Assembly (NCBI GenBank): GCA_965215015.1
Contig: OZ244042.1
Location: forward strand, 4,992,001 to 5,056,000
Direction of reading: 5' to 3'
Length of the DNA stretch: 64,000 nt
From: Candidatus Poribacteria bacterium
GTDB taxonomy: Bacteria > Poribacteria > WGA-4E > PCPOR2b
This document shows, piece by piece, positions 1-10,388 of this stretch (its first letter is position 1; every line of letters starts with the position of its first letter). Under the pieces are notes generated by a model. That model saw only the letters and a list, made by a program, of their open reading frames with translations. It ran no database searches and was not told the origin of the DNA. A program made the translations under genes and the position numbers.

Positions 1-818
1 ATCAGAGCGTAACCCAGATCGGGCGACCAAGCGACCCGCAGACCGGTAATGTCCCCTTCCAGCCCAGCTAAGTAGTCCGTCTCCGTGGGAAGTGAGAGGC
101 GGTCACGCGAATCAGCTCCCGCCATGACGTTCAACATGAGTGCCGCATCGGATACCGTCCGCGTCATCGGACCGAGGTGGGAGAACAGTTCGACAGCACT
201 GGCGGGATACTGCGGGATGAGTCCCCACGAAGGCTTGAGTCCGTAAATACCGCAGAAACTCGATGGAATACGAATTGAACCTGCGCCATCGCTGCCTTGG
301 GCAAGAGGTCCCAACCCCGCGGCAACCGCTGCTGTTCCACCGCCGCTAGAGCCTCCAGCGGTACGACCGGGCTTCCACGGATTCTGGGTGGAGCCGATGA
401 TACGGTTCGTTGAGTCCCCCTTCCACCCCAACTCGGGGAGATTGGTCTTGCCCAGTATCACGGCACCGGCTTCGTGAAGTCGCTCAATGATCGGCGCATC
501 ATAGTCCGGCACCCAATCTTTGTAAAGCAAGGAACCGCGGGTTGTACGAATCCCTGTTATTGACACAAGGTCTTTTATCGAGGTTGGGATGCCAGCCAAC
601 GGGGGTAGAGATTCGCCGGTTTGATAGGCTTGTTCGGCGATGCGCGCCCCCTTAAGCGCGAGTTCTGGCGTCATCGTAATGAAGGCGTTGAGGTTTGGAT
701 TCAGTTGATCTATACGGCGGAGTATCGCCTCCGTCACCTCAACCGGCGACACCTCGTGTTTCTGGTATAGGTCCCGCAATTGCAAGGCTGACAAATAGCA
801 GAGATCAGTTGCTGTCAT
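1..818 (-). CDS. Amidase signature family protein (GatA-like amidase), 3' end outside window
   Basis: Not in ORF track. My translation from ATG at 818 gives MTATDLCYLSALQLRDLY...IKDL...GKTNLPE...AGGSSGG...GSDGAGSIRIPSSFCGIYGLKPS, the amidase signature with Lys/Ser/Ser triad motifs. Confidence 0.9.
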   Translation of the reverse strand, partial: MTATDLCYLSALQLRDLYQKHEVSPVEVTEAILRRIDQLNPNLNAFITMTPELALKGARIAEQAYQTGESLPPLAGIPTSIKDLVSITGIRTTRGSLLYKDWVPDYDAPIIERLHEAGAVILGKTNLPELGWKGDSTNRIIGSTQNPWKPGRTAGGSSGGGTAAVAAGLGPLAQGSDGAGSIRIPSSFCGIYGLKPSWGLIPQYPASAVELFSHLGPMTRTVSDAALMLNVMAGADSRDRLSLPTETDYLAGLEGDITGLRVAWSPDLGYAL

Positions 819-1215
819 ATTCAAACTCTTTTCTGTCGAAATGGATACAAAAGGATGGAAAGCGATTTGACACTCATGTTTAAAATAAGATTCATGTCAA
901 AAGAAAGTGCAAAACGCTAAGAGAAACCGAGCCCCCTCTAATCGCGAGGACCCACACGGTTCCTCTCCTCGCTAAAGCCCCGGTCTGGTAATATGTCCGT
1001 TCCATGCTCATTGAGCCTATACTATAATTGACGGACACCCCACCGGATATTTGGGGTGTGGACGGGGATTTGGTTTTCCCTCACTTTCGCCTCCTCCCCC
1101 CTTGCGGGGGATTAGAGGGGGGCTTAGAAGGGGTTCTGTTTCAAGATTTCTTAACATGAGACGGAAAAAATGATACAAGCAATCAAAAAGCAAGTCAACA
1201 GAAAAACGCAAGGAG

Positions 1216-2103
1216 ATGAGGATGGCTCATTTGAAATACTCAGTAATCGTTGACACATTGGCGACCTTCGGACTAAATATTTGGGATCAACCGCGCGAGG
1301 TACTTGAGTTGGTCAAAGCTAGTGGCTATGATGGTATGGACCTCACCGCAGAACCTGACCGAATCGAGATAAAACGGTATCGGGAAATCACTGAAATAGC
1401 GAGGTCAATGGGATTGGAGATTGCGGCACTGCTTGGAGCGTGGGCGACCTGGCACGCCGGCGAGGCCCGGGATTTGGCATCCACCGACGAGGGGGCTCGG
1501 CGTTATGCAATTGGTTACGCCCAAAAATGCACCGACTTAGCGGTAGATCTGAAAGTATCCGTCTATGAAATCTGCTGTTGTCCAGCTGAACCAAAGTACC
1601 CAATCTCTGACGTGCCGCTCCCGACGGTGCGGCAAAACTTTGTTGAGTCCGCGCGAGAGATAAGTCGTTACGCTGCCGACCGTGGGGTGAGAGTAGCGAT
1701 GGAGCCGGTAAATCGGTTTGAAGGCTATGCGGGCTTCATGAATAGTGTGGTTGATGCTGTTAGTGTCGCTGACGAAGTCGGTGAAGAGAACTTGGGGGTG
1801 ATGGTTGATTTTTTCCACGCGAACATTGAGGATGTCTCGGTCCCTGAGGCCATCCGGCGGGCAAAGCACCGACTGATGCTGATCCATTTAGCCGATAGCA
1901 ACCGTCAAATGCCGGGGACAGGGCACATTGATTTCACCAGTGTAATCAGGGAACTTGACGAGATAGGATTTGAGGGCTATCTCTCCTTGGATTGCTTGCC
2001 CGCAAGGCCCGATGCTCAAACCTATTTAACCCATTCCATCAGTTACATGAAACAGCTGGAGGCAGCGGTTGCGCTGGAGAAACGGCTATCTGGGATGAAT
2101 TAA
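1216..2103 (+). CDS. Sugar phosphate isomerase/epimerase (xylose isomerase-like TIM barrel)
   Basis: EPVNRFE, DFFHANIE, HLADSNRQMPGTGHIDF motifs; AGGAG RBS. Confidence 0.88.
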   Translation: MRMAHLKYSVIVDTLATFGLNIWDQPREVLELVKASGYDGMDLTAEPDRIEIKRYREITEIARSMGLEIAALLGAWATWHAGEARDLASTDEGARRYAIGYAQKCTDLAVDLKVSVYEICCCPAEPKYPISDVPLPTVRQNFVESAREISRYAADRGVRVAMEPVNRFEGYAGFMNSVVDAVSVADEVGEENLGVMVDFFHANIEDVSVPEAIRRAKHRLMLIHLADSNRQMPGTGHIDFTSVIRELDEIGFEGYLSLDCLPARPDAQTYLTHSISYMKQLEAAVALEKRLSGMN

Positions 2104-2129
2104 ATCTGTTTGTTTAGTATGATGACACC

Positions 2130-3134
2130 CTAGTTGGGTACGGTTTGGGGCGTGCCTGTGTGGGCTGCTTCAGCCAAGGCATTGCATATAGACACGGCGC
2201 GTACACCGTCGCGGGCGTTGCACAGGGTGTCCCCGTCCGTACGAATCGCTTCCAATAGGTTTACCATCATTGACGCTTCAGCCACCTCCGCTTCCGGTAG
2301 TTCCCGCGTGTCCAGATAGTCGATTTCACATCCGCCAAAGTCAACGCGCGTCATGTGAGCGGAGAACACCGCGCTACGCTCTCCATCCCACATCTGATGG
2401 AACCACTTGGACACGAAGGGGTTCATTCCTTGGTCGGTGCTAATTACTGTAGAGAGCCCGCCGCTCCGCCAGAGAATTGTTCCTACCAGTCCATCAGGAT
2501 AGCCGGCGGTGCCTTTATTTTGACCGAAGATTCGTCCTTCCGCATAGACCCGATCCGGTTCGCTATCCATCAAATAGGTGAGCAGATCGATGGTATGAAC
2601 TGCGGTGCTTATCAGCAAGCCGCCGCCATCGTCCGCATGCCACACCCACGTACTACCGCTCGCACCGGAATCATTCATCGCTAACTGACCATGACTCAAG
2701 CGGGGTTGGGATAGTAGCTCTCGTGCCTTCTGTGCCGGGGGGGCAATCCGGAATTTACAATTAATCACGAGCTTGACCCCGGTTCGTTCCACCATCTCAG
2801 CGACTTCGACAGCTTGGGCGTGGGTCACACACATCGGTTTTTCCAAGAGGATATGCTTGCCGGCTTTAGCCCCAGCGAGGGCGAGTGGATGGTGTGCATC
2901 GTGGTGAGTGGCAATTACCAGCAGGTCAATGGAATCGTCGCGCATGATGCGGTCAGCGTCGGTCGTGGCATAGGAACCGCCAAATTCCCCTAACGCCTCT
3001 TCGGCTTTTTCCTCAATCTCGTCGCAAAAACCGACCAATTCAATCCCTAGACCTTTTGCTTTTGCCGCGTGGCCTCGTCCAGCACCGCCACAACCAATCA
3101 CAGCCGCCTTGAACCCAGATCCTATTGAGGTCAT
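2130..3134 (-). CDS. Gfo/Idh/MocA family oxidoreductase
   Basis: GCGGAG Rossmann motif, HILLEKPM, GGGLL...HTID. Confidence 0.9.
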   Translation of the reverse strand: MTSIGSGFKAAVIGCGGAGRGHAAKAKGLGIELVGFCDEIEEKAEEALGEFGGSYATTDADRIMRDDSIDLLVIATHHDAHHPLALAGAKAGKHILLEKPMCVTHAQAVEVAEMVERTGVKLVINCKFRIAPPAQKARELLSQPRLSHGQLAMNDSGASGSTWVWHADDGGGLLISTAVHTIDLLTYLMDSEPDRVYAEGRIFGQNKGTAGYPDGLVGTILWRSGGLSTVISTDQGMNPFVSKWFHQMWDGERSAVFSAHMTRVDFGGCEIDYLDTRELPEAEVAEASMMVNLLEAIRTDGDTLCNARDGVRAVSICNALAEAAHTGTPQTVPN

Positions 3135-3180
3135 TTTAGCCCTCCGTAAAGCGTCAAACGTACAGGATTTGTCATCAGAC

Positions 3181-4017
3181 TCATCTAATCATGACACCGA
3201 CTTCCGCTGCGACTGACCGAATATATTCAGCACCGAGCGCGTATTCTTCAGCGGACGGAAGGTGTTCAAGCATCAACGGTGTATCCGGATCCAGTCGATC
3301 CAGTTCCCGCAAATATGTCCCGTAGTCAAGCCCACCGAGACCGGGACGGGTCTCATCAAGGTGAACGGTTAAGTTATCAGCGAGGGAGATGTCCTTCGCA
3401 TGACAGCTTTTGATATGCGCGCCGAGTTTCGCGAAACAGTCGCGGATGAGATCTCCACTGCGGTAGTAGCGTTCAATACCGTTGATAATGTTCACCGGGT
3501 CAAGGTGGACAGCACACTGTACCCGATCAATCGCTTTGATCAAACGCAGGTAGCTATCGGCTCCCTCGGGATAAGCCCACGGCATCATTTCGAGCGTGTA
3601 AAATGTCCGCGTGGGCTTCACATCATCAATAATTGAACGAACGCTCGCAACAATCAGATCGAAGGTATCATCTGTCAAATTATTGGGGTGAGGTCCGTCC
3701 CACTTAGGGCCGCGTGAGCCGGAGATGTTGACACAGCAGTTTGCACCAACCCGATCTGCAAGCGCAAGCTGCACTCGACACTTTTTTAGGGCAGCCTCGC
3801 GTTCCACATCGTCAACACTGATTGGATTGCTCCATGCCCCGACTTCCGCAATCACGATGTCTGCTTTTTTCGCGGCTTTGATGTACGCATCAATGGTCGC
3901 CTCATCGCTTTCTGAGTTGACAGGGCAGTAGGCGGCACTGTATCCGTGATTCTTGACCGCTTCTGCCCAGCTGTCAGGACTGGCAATTTCACCGAATATC
4001 GGTCCGCCAAGTCGCAT
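3181..4017 (-). CDS. Sugar phosphate isomerase/epimerase (TIM barrel)
   Basis: LEMMPW, HLDPVN, CHAKD, PGLGGLDY, LMLEHL metal-ligand pattern; GAGGAGG RBS. Confidence 0.85.
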   Translation of the reverse strand: MRLGGPIFGEIASPDSWAEAVKNHGYSAAYCPVNSESDEATIDAYIKAAKKADIVIAEVGAWSNPISVDDVEREAALKKCRVQLALADRVGANCCVNISGSRGPKWDGPHPNNLTDDTFDLIVASVRSIIDDVKPTRTFYTLEMMPWAYPEGADSYLRLIKAIDRVQCAVHLDPVNIINGIERYYRSGDLIRDCFAKLGAHIKSCHAKDISLADNLTVHLDETRPGLGGLDYGTYLRELDRLDPDTPLMLEHLPSAEEYALGAEYIRSVAAEVGVMIR

Positions 4018-4104
4018 TTTTACCTCCTCGCAGCTTCAATTAAGCATCTCTAATCTATCTATTTTCCACTTGACATGCCTTGCAGCTTTCCATCACAATA
4101 TGCT

Positions 4105-4197
4105 ATACACATACCGTCCCGCTAGGGTTTTGTAGATCGGACAGGCCGCTTTGGCCCCGATTTATCGGGGCTGCCCGACCTACGGGTATGTGTGTAG
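4105..4197. repeat. REP-like nested palindrome (GTAG...CTAC type) upstream of rluB
   Basis: cacataccgt...gtagatcggacagg...ccccgatttatcgggg...ctgcccgacctac gggtatgtg is a nested inverted repeat; cores like cccgatttatcggg recur at ~6786 and ~15932. Confidence 0.55.
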
Positions 4198-4294
4198 GTT
4201 ACGGCAGACGGAGTATGCCTACTACTAGCGACTTGGGTTATTTTACTGTTTTTCACCGCCCGTGTCTACTCTTTTAGGAATCGTAAACGAAAAA

Positions 4295-5023
4295 ATGCGC
4301 CTCGAAAAATTCCTCTCTGAATCCGGCATCGCTTCTCGACGGGACGCGAAAAAATACATTTCTGCAGGGCGAGTCACCGTCAATCGCAAAAAGGTGTTCA
4401 TCCCCGGCACCCACATCGCTCCCCGGCAGGATGAGATTACATTTGATGGAGAATTGATACATGGGAAGCCGCGGCAGATCTACCTGATGCTAAATAAACC
4501 GGCGGGCTATGTTACAACGGTACGCGATGAGCGAGGGCGGCCGACGGTCATGGCGTTGGTGCGTAGCATAGCCGAGCGCATCTATCCGGTCGGACGGTTG
4601 GATGTTAATACTGAGGGGCTTCTGCTGATGACCAACGACGGGGATTTCGCACATAGAATCCTCCATCCGAGCCATGAGATTCAGAAAACATACACTGCGT
4701 GGGTGGAGGGGCAACCGAATCGGCGCGAGATTCAAAGGCTGCGAGAGGGAATAGAAATTGAGGCGGGGTTAATCACTGCGGCAAAAATCAACCAAACGGG
4801 AAGAAGAGAAGGACAGACACAATTCAAAGTTGTTATCCACGAAGGAAAGAAACGGCAGATTCGGCGTATGTTCCACGCCGTAGGGCACGAGGTCATGTAC
4901 CTCAAACGGGTAGGGATTGGATCGCTTTCGCTGGGACAGCTCTCAATTGGGAAATATCGCTTCTTAACGCCGACTGAAATCGAATCGCTTGATCATGAGG
5001 GCCCTGCCCAAGATAAAGGTTAA
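4295..5023 (+). CDS. rluB: rRNA pseudouridine synthase (RsuA/RluB family)
   Basis: S4 domain MRLEKFLSESGIASRR, LNKPAGYVTT, catalytic YPVGRLD, EGKKRQIRRM; start set at ATG 4295. Confidence 0.88.
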   Translation: MRLEKFLSESGIASRRDAKKYISAGRVTVNRKKVFIPGTHIAPRQDEITFDGELIHGKPRQIYLMLNKPAGYVTTVRDERGRPTVMALVRSIAERIYPVGRLDVNTEGLLLMTNDGDFAHRILHPSHEIQKTYTAWVEGQPNRREIQRLREGIEIEAGLITAAKINQTGRREGQTQFKVVIHEGKKRQIRRMFHAVGHEVMYLKRVGIGSLSLGQLSIGKYRFLTPTEIESLDHEGPAQDKG

Positions 5024-5060
5024 ACTAGTTAAGCACTTAGCGATAATAGACCATGGTATG

Positions 5061-6593
5061 CTACTGATCATCAAGTTCCTGCGTTTCCTTCATCGTCTCT
5101 TCCCCACCAAGGCATAAGAGGTAATCTTTCAATCCAATATACAGTTTGCCATTGGCGATAGCCGGTGAGGAGTAAATCGGTTCACCGCCGGTGATTTTGT
5201 CGGTATCAAACTGCCACACTATGCGCCCACTATCAATATTAATCTTGTAGATTACGCCGTTATCGGCACCGACATACACAGAGCTTTCTGTGACCGCCGG
5301 TGAGGATACGACTGAGTGTCCAATATTCAATTTCCAACCTAGCGCACCGTCAGCGGCGTTGAGCGCATAGACATGCCCATCCCGAGACCCAAAATACACA
5401 GAGCCATTACGATAGGCAACCGCTGTGAGGACGGAATCTTCGGCTTCATACGCCCAGTTCTGCTCCCCTGTTTGGACATTACGGGCGGTGACCCGTCCCT
5501 TCGGCACTTCAGCACTTTCGATAAAGTTACCGTTGCCAAGACCGAAAAAGACCATATTGCCATCGGCACCTGGACTCCCCCAAGCGGGGTAATCCACACG
5601 CTTTGACCAAACCTCTGCGCCACTATTTGCATCAACCGCGTAGATCCGATACTCACCATAGCCGGTGCCGAAGTAAACCTTTCCCTTCCATACCACCGGC
5701 GACATGTCCACATGGACAGATGGATAGTGCCAGATTTCCTTCCCTTCAAGCGCATCAAGGCAGTAAACACCATCGGCCCCTGCTCCGAAGTAGACCTTGC
5801 CTTGGCTAACAAAAGGGGTTGATTCCACATGACTCGCCGTTTTGAAAGTCCAAATCATGCTCCCATTATTGGCGTTGAGGCAATGGAGACGGCAATCGGC
5901 ATCCTGGTGAAACCCCTCGCCAACATAAACGCGCTCCCCAGCAACCGTCGGTGAGGAAAAAATCTGAACCGATGTATCATAACGCCAGCGGCTATCCCCG
6001 CTATCTGCATCAAGGCAGTAAACCGCGCCTCCACTGGAAAAGAACGAGCCCTGTGCGGCAGCGATATAGACCTGAGACCCGACAACCGCAGGTGAGGAAG
6101 GAAAGTCTACGACGACACCACCTTTCCCTTTGAATGCCCATGAGACTGTGGGGTGTGTTGGTCCGGGGAGATTATCGAGCTGTCCGGTACGCGTAATCCC
6201 TCCCCGAAAGGCGGACCAAGCCTGTTTTGCAAGCTGTTTCTCAAGCGGAACAGCTGTCGTTGTCGTAGCATGCGGTTGACCAGATTGAAAACTGCCATAA
6301 ATAACCCAAACCCCCGCACCGAGGAGGGCAAGGAGGAGTATCAAGGTTATAGCCTTGAGGAGAACAGATTCGCGGATACGATAAAACAATCCTTTAAGCC
6401 AATCACGAGCAAACACAAACACAGTTAAAAAAGCGAGACCGACAACTGCAAGAATCTGAGGGATAATACTAAGTAAGGCAGAAAGCGGACCTAAGAGTTG
6501 AGGGATAACCGCATGGGCCGTTCCCGCTGAGTTGAAAGTGACACATAAAAATACCAATGCCAAAATTGAGAGCTTTGTTTTTAGGTTGATCAT
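5061..6593 (-). CDS. Membrane-anchored PQQ-like (BamB-type) beta-propeller protein
   Basis: N-terminal signal plus two hydrophobic segments, then repeated SSP.V...VY.G...G..YCLDA..G...W blades. Confidence 0.85.
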   Translation of the reverse strand: MINLKTKLSILALVFLCVTFNSAGTAHAVIPQLLGPLSALLSIIPQILAVVGLAFLTVFVFARDWLKGLFYRIRESVLLKAITLILLLALLGAGVWVIYGSFQSGQPHATTTTAVPLEKQLAKQAWSAFRGGITRTGQLDNLPGPTHPTVSWAFKGKGGVVVDFPSSPAVVGSQVYIAAAQGSFFSSGGAVYCLDADSGDSRWRYDTSVQIFSSPTVAGERVYVGEGFHQDADCRLHCLNANNGSMIWTFKTASHVESTPFVSQGKVYFGAGADGVYCLDALEGKEIWHYPSVHVDMSPVVWKGKVYFGTGYGEYRIYAVDANSGAEVWSKRVDYPAWGSPGADGNMVFFGLGNGNFIESAEVPKGRVTARNVQTGEQNWAYEAEDSVLTAVAYRNGSVYFGSRDGHVYALNAADGALGWKLNIGHSVVSSPAVTESSVYVGADNGVIYKINIDSGRIVWQFDTDKITGGEPIYSSPAIANGKLYIGLKDYLLCLGGEETMKETQELDDQ

Positions 6594-6619
6594 GTGTTAG
6601 TTCATTGGTCCATTAGCAC

Positions 6620-6770
6620 TAGGACTTACGCGGTGAACCCTTCAAAGCTAACACCAGAAAAGGGCGCGCAATGTGCATCGTTGATTGAAAACACCCGGAC
6701 TATCGCCCTATAGTATCTGGTATTCTATGGTGCTAGAGTCATGGTATCCTCGGCGATTCATCGCCGGTGA
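6620..6770. repeat. Dispersed non-coding repeat, copy 1 (copy 2 at 35551-35672)
   Basis: Shared blocks gacttacgc / aacaccagaaaagggcgcgcaatgt / gttgattga / gctagagtca / cctcggc.attcatcgccgg; left end resembles the TAGGAGTTACGC MITE terminus. Confidence 0.7.
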
Positions 6771-6978
6771 AAGTGCCTCTTGACGCCTGATAAATCGGGG
6801 GGCGACAGCGAATCCCAAAGTAGTAGGGGCACTCCGCGCCCCATCCACCGGGTATTTAGCAAGGGGAAGAGATACCGTATGGGTATTTGGGGGTTGGGGG
6901 GCTTAGCGGGTAGCGGCGTTGATAGGGATTGGCTTCAAACCGTTCAACTTGAATTTCAACTCTGAAACGCAATCCACG

Positions 6979-8169
6979 CTACGATTTTTCAGCGAGCCAT
7001 TTAACAGCAAAATGAATCAAGTTCTCTATTATCTGGTAATTGATAAAGACATTGGCACTCGTTTCGTTTTGGAGACTTGTGATAAGGTATATCCCTTCGC
7101 CGTATGCCAAGGTCGCAAAGGCAATTTCTTTCTTATTGTTTGTAGTGGCGAGGATTGTGTATTTATCGCTCCATTTTGCCCATGCGTCGTCAAGGAAGAC
7201 ATCACCAAATTGGATTTTATTCGGTTCACTAAATAGTGTGCCTGCTGCCCGTGTTGGCTCAAAATCGCTACGCCCCATCCGTTCCACTCCCTTCATCGGT
7301 TCAGGGATCCAACCCGTCGGACATGGGCGATCATCATCGCTATCTTGTCCTGAAACGATAACGACACCGCCACCTTTCACAAAGGCTTTAATCTTGTTCT
7401 CCCGCCCCTTTGTCAAGCGATATTTATCTTCGCAGATTTCTCCTTGTCCCAACCAGAGAATGTCGGCGTGGTCGAGGGTTGGCAGGTTGCGATCTTTCGT
7501 TTTTTGATAAACTACCTGATGTCCTCCGACCGGATTGAAGGCAGAAATCGTGGGAAATTCGACATTGTAACGATTGCCAGAGAGGACAAGTAGACGCACA
7601 GCATCGGAAGATACCTCGGTGAGGGATTGCACTGAGGCTCTTGCATTTTCGGGCTTGATTCTCCCAGCAAGTGTATCCCGCACAAGCCGCTGAAAATCGG
7701 GTGTTGAACCTTTGTAGGTCCGATGCATGTAAATCTCAATATGGGTAAAGTTCCACCAAACGCGGCTTTTATCCGATCGGTCTTGAGCAAAGGTTTGGAA
7801 CCAAGTGCCATCAACATGTCCGAGGCTGGGGATTCGCCGCCCCTCCCTCTGATAGAAGATAATAATTGGCCTCCCGACTTTGAATTTTTTAATCATCTTT
7901 TGCGGGAAGTTGCCCTGCCCGGTGGATAGGTTAATTTTAATTTCTTGAAAATTGCTTTCTCCCTTGAGATTTTCCTCGACTTTCACCTTGGCGGTCATGC
8001 GTTTCTGATTGACTGAGGTGACAGTCCCAAAGACAATGTTGCTGCATTCAGCCAGAACCTCTTGAAGGGTATAATGCCTCGCAATAAAGGCTTGGGTTTG
8101 AGAAACAGTGAACGGGAATTGCAAACCCACCAGCAAAATAAAAGAGAGCAGTAACAATCTCATTCTCAT
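6979..8169 (-). CDS. Secreted hypothetical protein with C-terminal class I glutamine-amidotransferase-like domain
   Basis: Signal peptide; DILWLG...IKAFVKGGGVVIVSGQ...YGEGIYLIT...ENLIHF pattern. Confidence 0.6.
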   Translation of the reverse strand: MRMRLLLLSFILLVGLQFPFTVSQTQAFIARHYTLQEVLAECSNIVFGTVTSVNQKRMTAKVKVEENLKGESNFQEIKINLSTGQGNFPQKMIKKFKVGRPIIIFYQREGRRIPSLGHVDGTWFQTFAQDRSDKSRVWWNFTHIEIYMHRTYKGSTPDFQRLVRDTLAGRIKPENARASVQSLTEVSSDAVRLLVLSGNRYNVEFPTISAFNPVGGHQVVYQKTKDRNLPTLDHADILWLGQGEICEDKYRLTKGRENKIKAFVKGGGVVIVSGQDSDDDRPCPTGWIPEPMKGVERMGRSDFEPTRAAGTLFSEPNKIQFGDVFLDDAWAKWSDKYTILATTNNKKEIAFATLAYGEGIYLITSLQNETSANVFINYQIIENLIHFAVKWLAEKS

Positions 8170-8330
8170 GGATGATGAGCTCCTTCGCTCATTTAAAAAG
8201 AAAGGGTAAAACGCAAAAGGAAGCTGTAAGGGCGGGGTTTCCCCGCCCGTGCTTGCCTCGGTTGCTTTGCATGATTTGTATTAACATGAGTCAACTCTTA
8301 CAAATGTTTTACCTCGAATAGATTCGGTTA

Positions 8331-9095
8331 TCAGGGAGCGTTTAAAATCTCCAAAACATGGGGATGTAGACTCTGGGTTGCAGCCACACACGAATCCCCT
8401 TGAACGACATCGCTGCCATCCCACGCAGTAATAACCCCGCCTGCACCGCGAACGACCGGAATCACTGGAAGGACATCCCACGGATTCACGATGGGGTCGA
8501 TCATGATATCCGCTCCGCCCGATGCGAGCAACAGATACCCGTAGCAGTCGCCCCATGTGCGGAAAAGTTTCGCTTGCTGAAGTAAATTATCAAATCCCGC
8601 TTGATTTTGATATTTACCGATACTCAGAATATCAGTTGTCAGCAGGATCGCTTCGGAGAGATTGTCGGTCTCCCGGACATTCACCGGATGTCCGTTGATG
8701 GTTGTTTGTTCATTATCGCCGAGGCACAACCGCTCTAAGATGGGTTGATTAATGGCGCCCAAGACGGGTTGTCCTTCGTGCAGGAGACAAATCAGCGTTC
8801 CGAAAAGTGGGCAGCCGCTTGCAAATGATTTTGTGCCATCTATCGGATCCAGCACCCAGACAAATTCAACAGTTTCATTTTCGTTCCCAAACTCTTCTCC
8901 GATGATGCCGTGGTCTGGAAATTCTTTGCAGATTAGATGGCGCATGACCTCCTCTGCCCCTCGGTCCGCCGCGGTGACAGGCGTTTCGTCTTCTTTCAGC
9001 TCAACTTCAAGGTCGAAAGAGGCAAAATAAGGCTTTATAACTTCGGCACTTGCCGCCGCAAGTTTACAAACAAAGTTGATAAATTCTTCCCGCAC
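8331..9095 (-). CDS. hisN: Histidinol-phosphatase / inositol monophosphatase family
   Basis: TPVTAADRGAE, IIGEEFG, WVLDPIDGTKSF, WGDCYGY, PWD motifs. Confidence 0.82.
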   Translation of the reverse strand: MREEFINFVCKLAAASAEVIKPYFASFDLEVELKEDETPVTAADRGAEEVMRHLICKEFPDHGIIGEEFGNENETVEFVWVLDPIDGTKSFASGCPLFGTLICLLHEGQPVLGAINQPILERLCLGDNEQTTINGHPVNVRETDNLSEAILLTTDILSIGKYQNQAGFDNLLQQAKLFRTWGDCYGYLLLASGGADIMIDPIVNPWDVLPVIPVVRGAGGVITAWDGSDVVQGDSCVAATQSLHPHVLEILNAP

Positions 9096-9125
9096 TATGG
9101 CCCCTTTCCGTTACTGGGTTGTCTC

Positions 9126-10070
9126 TCAAAATTTAACAACAAAGGAGGTATACTCTCCGCTGTGAGGACGCGCTTCGGCTTTGACATCTTCGACTTTGGC
9201 GGCGGGCGGTCCCTTCCACAAGATGGCCACAAACGCATTCAGCGTCGCTTTATCCCCCTCGGCGATAACCTCCACCTTACCGTTGGGCAGGTTCTTCGCA
9301 TAACCGTGAACCCCAAGTTTCAGAGCGTTTTGTCGGGTGAAATGACGGAATCCAACACCCTGGACCTTGCCACTGATCAGAATATAGCGTTGCATTTTCT
9401 GGTTCACCTCAATTGTAACTTTCACCGATGTACCGAGTGGCGGCAGGGCCTTTGCATTCTTCTTGTAAGGACTCTCTTCGGAAGGAATCGGACTTTGAAA
9501 TAACGCACTACCATCGATATAGCTCAGGGCGATGATATCGTTGCCGACGAATGCTTGAGGGATCATCGCATCCTCGTCCTCGCTGTCAAGATCAGGAATC
9601 TCACGAGACCCGGAAAAGACCCACGCGACGTGCTGCATCGGTTTTTGGGTCCGGGTGTCGTGGAGGAGGTCTTCAGCGCGAACCTTTTTGGGCTTGTCGT
9701 TTGCCTCCCATTCGACGAATACTAGGACACCGGTCCCTGTGGCACCGATCGTCTCATCTTTCTCTTCGTCATACATAGGTGGGAGACCTCTTTTAACGCC
9801 GAGTTTGAGCATTGCGTCGTGGATTTCCTGCGCGGAGCTATTGACGACAATAATACTCTCGTATTCTTTGCCTCCCCGTCCACAGAGCAGGTATTCCACA
9901 GCTCCCTTTAGATGCTTGTCATAGGTGCCGAGGGCTTTGGAGATTTCACCGGTGAGCACAAGCTTCTGCTCGCCCTCCAAAATTTGGAGGTTTTCTCCCC
10001 CTTGGCTGAGGGCGACCCAAACGAAACTCAACGCGATAAGACAGGAAATGTGTCGAAACTTGTGCAGCAT
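9126..10070 (-). CDS. Exported YdjY-like domain fused to C-terminal acylphosphatase
   Basis: Signal peptide (start set at MLHKFRH); EYLLCGRGGKEYESII and WVFSGSRE YdjY-like motifs; C-terminal GKVQGVGFR...GYAKNLPNGKVE...GPPAAKV acylphosphatase signature. Confidence 0.75.
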   Translation of the reverse strand: MLHKFRHISCLIALSFVWVALSQGGENLQILEGEQKLVLTGEISKALGTYDKHLKGAVEYLLCGRGGKEYESIIVVNSSAQEIHDAMLKLGVKRGLPPMYDEEKDETIGATGTGVLVFVEWEANDKPKKVRAEDLLHDTRTQKPMQHVAWVFSGSREIPDLDSEDEDAMIPQAFVGNDIIALSYIDGSALFQSPIPSEESPYKKNAKALPPLGTSVKVTIEVNQKMQRYILISGKVQGVGFRHFTRQNALKLGVHGYAKNLPNGKVEVIAEGDKATLNAFVAILWKGPPAAKVEDVKAEARPHSGEYTSFVVKF

Positions 10071-10323
10071 TCGTTTTACCCCTTGTTGATAGGTGAAAAT
10101 TATAACACACAAATATTAAATATAAATTAAGATTCTGTAAAGTGTTTTGTCGAGATATGAATCTTGACCTCCTCAACCACGAGCAGGGAGCGTCTTGATT
10201 TATCATGCAACCTCCAATGTAACACACATGGTGCCCCACTGGGCCTTGGAGTCTCGAACACTCGCTACTATATATCTTGTGTAGATTGAAAACTAAATGC
10301 CCCTCCCTGGCCTGGACATTTAG

Positions 10324-10352
10324 TTGACATTTTTTTCAAATTGTGCTATCGT
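10324..10352 (+). promoter_or_regulatory. Sigma70-type promoter of the repeated gene (variants in units 2 and 3)
   Basis: TTGACA-17bp-TATCGT with extended -10 TG; units 2 and 3 have TTGACC-17-TATCAT. Confidence 0.7.
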
Positions 10353-10388
10353 AGAAACAGGTCGTATAACTGAAAAGGAAGGTTTATC

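Noticed and set aside
1060-1140. Possible ncRNA in GC-rich hairpins (also ~30205-30265 and ~56180-56225)
   Set aside because: These are copies of a dispersed cccccttgcgggggg REP-like palindrome with no tRNA or riboswitch consensus
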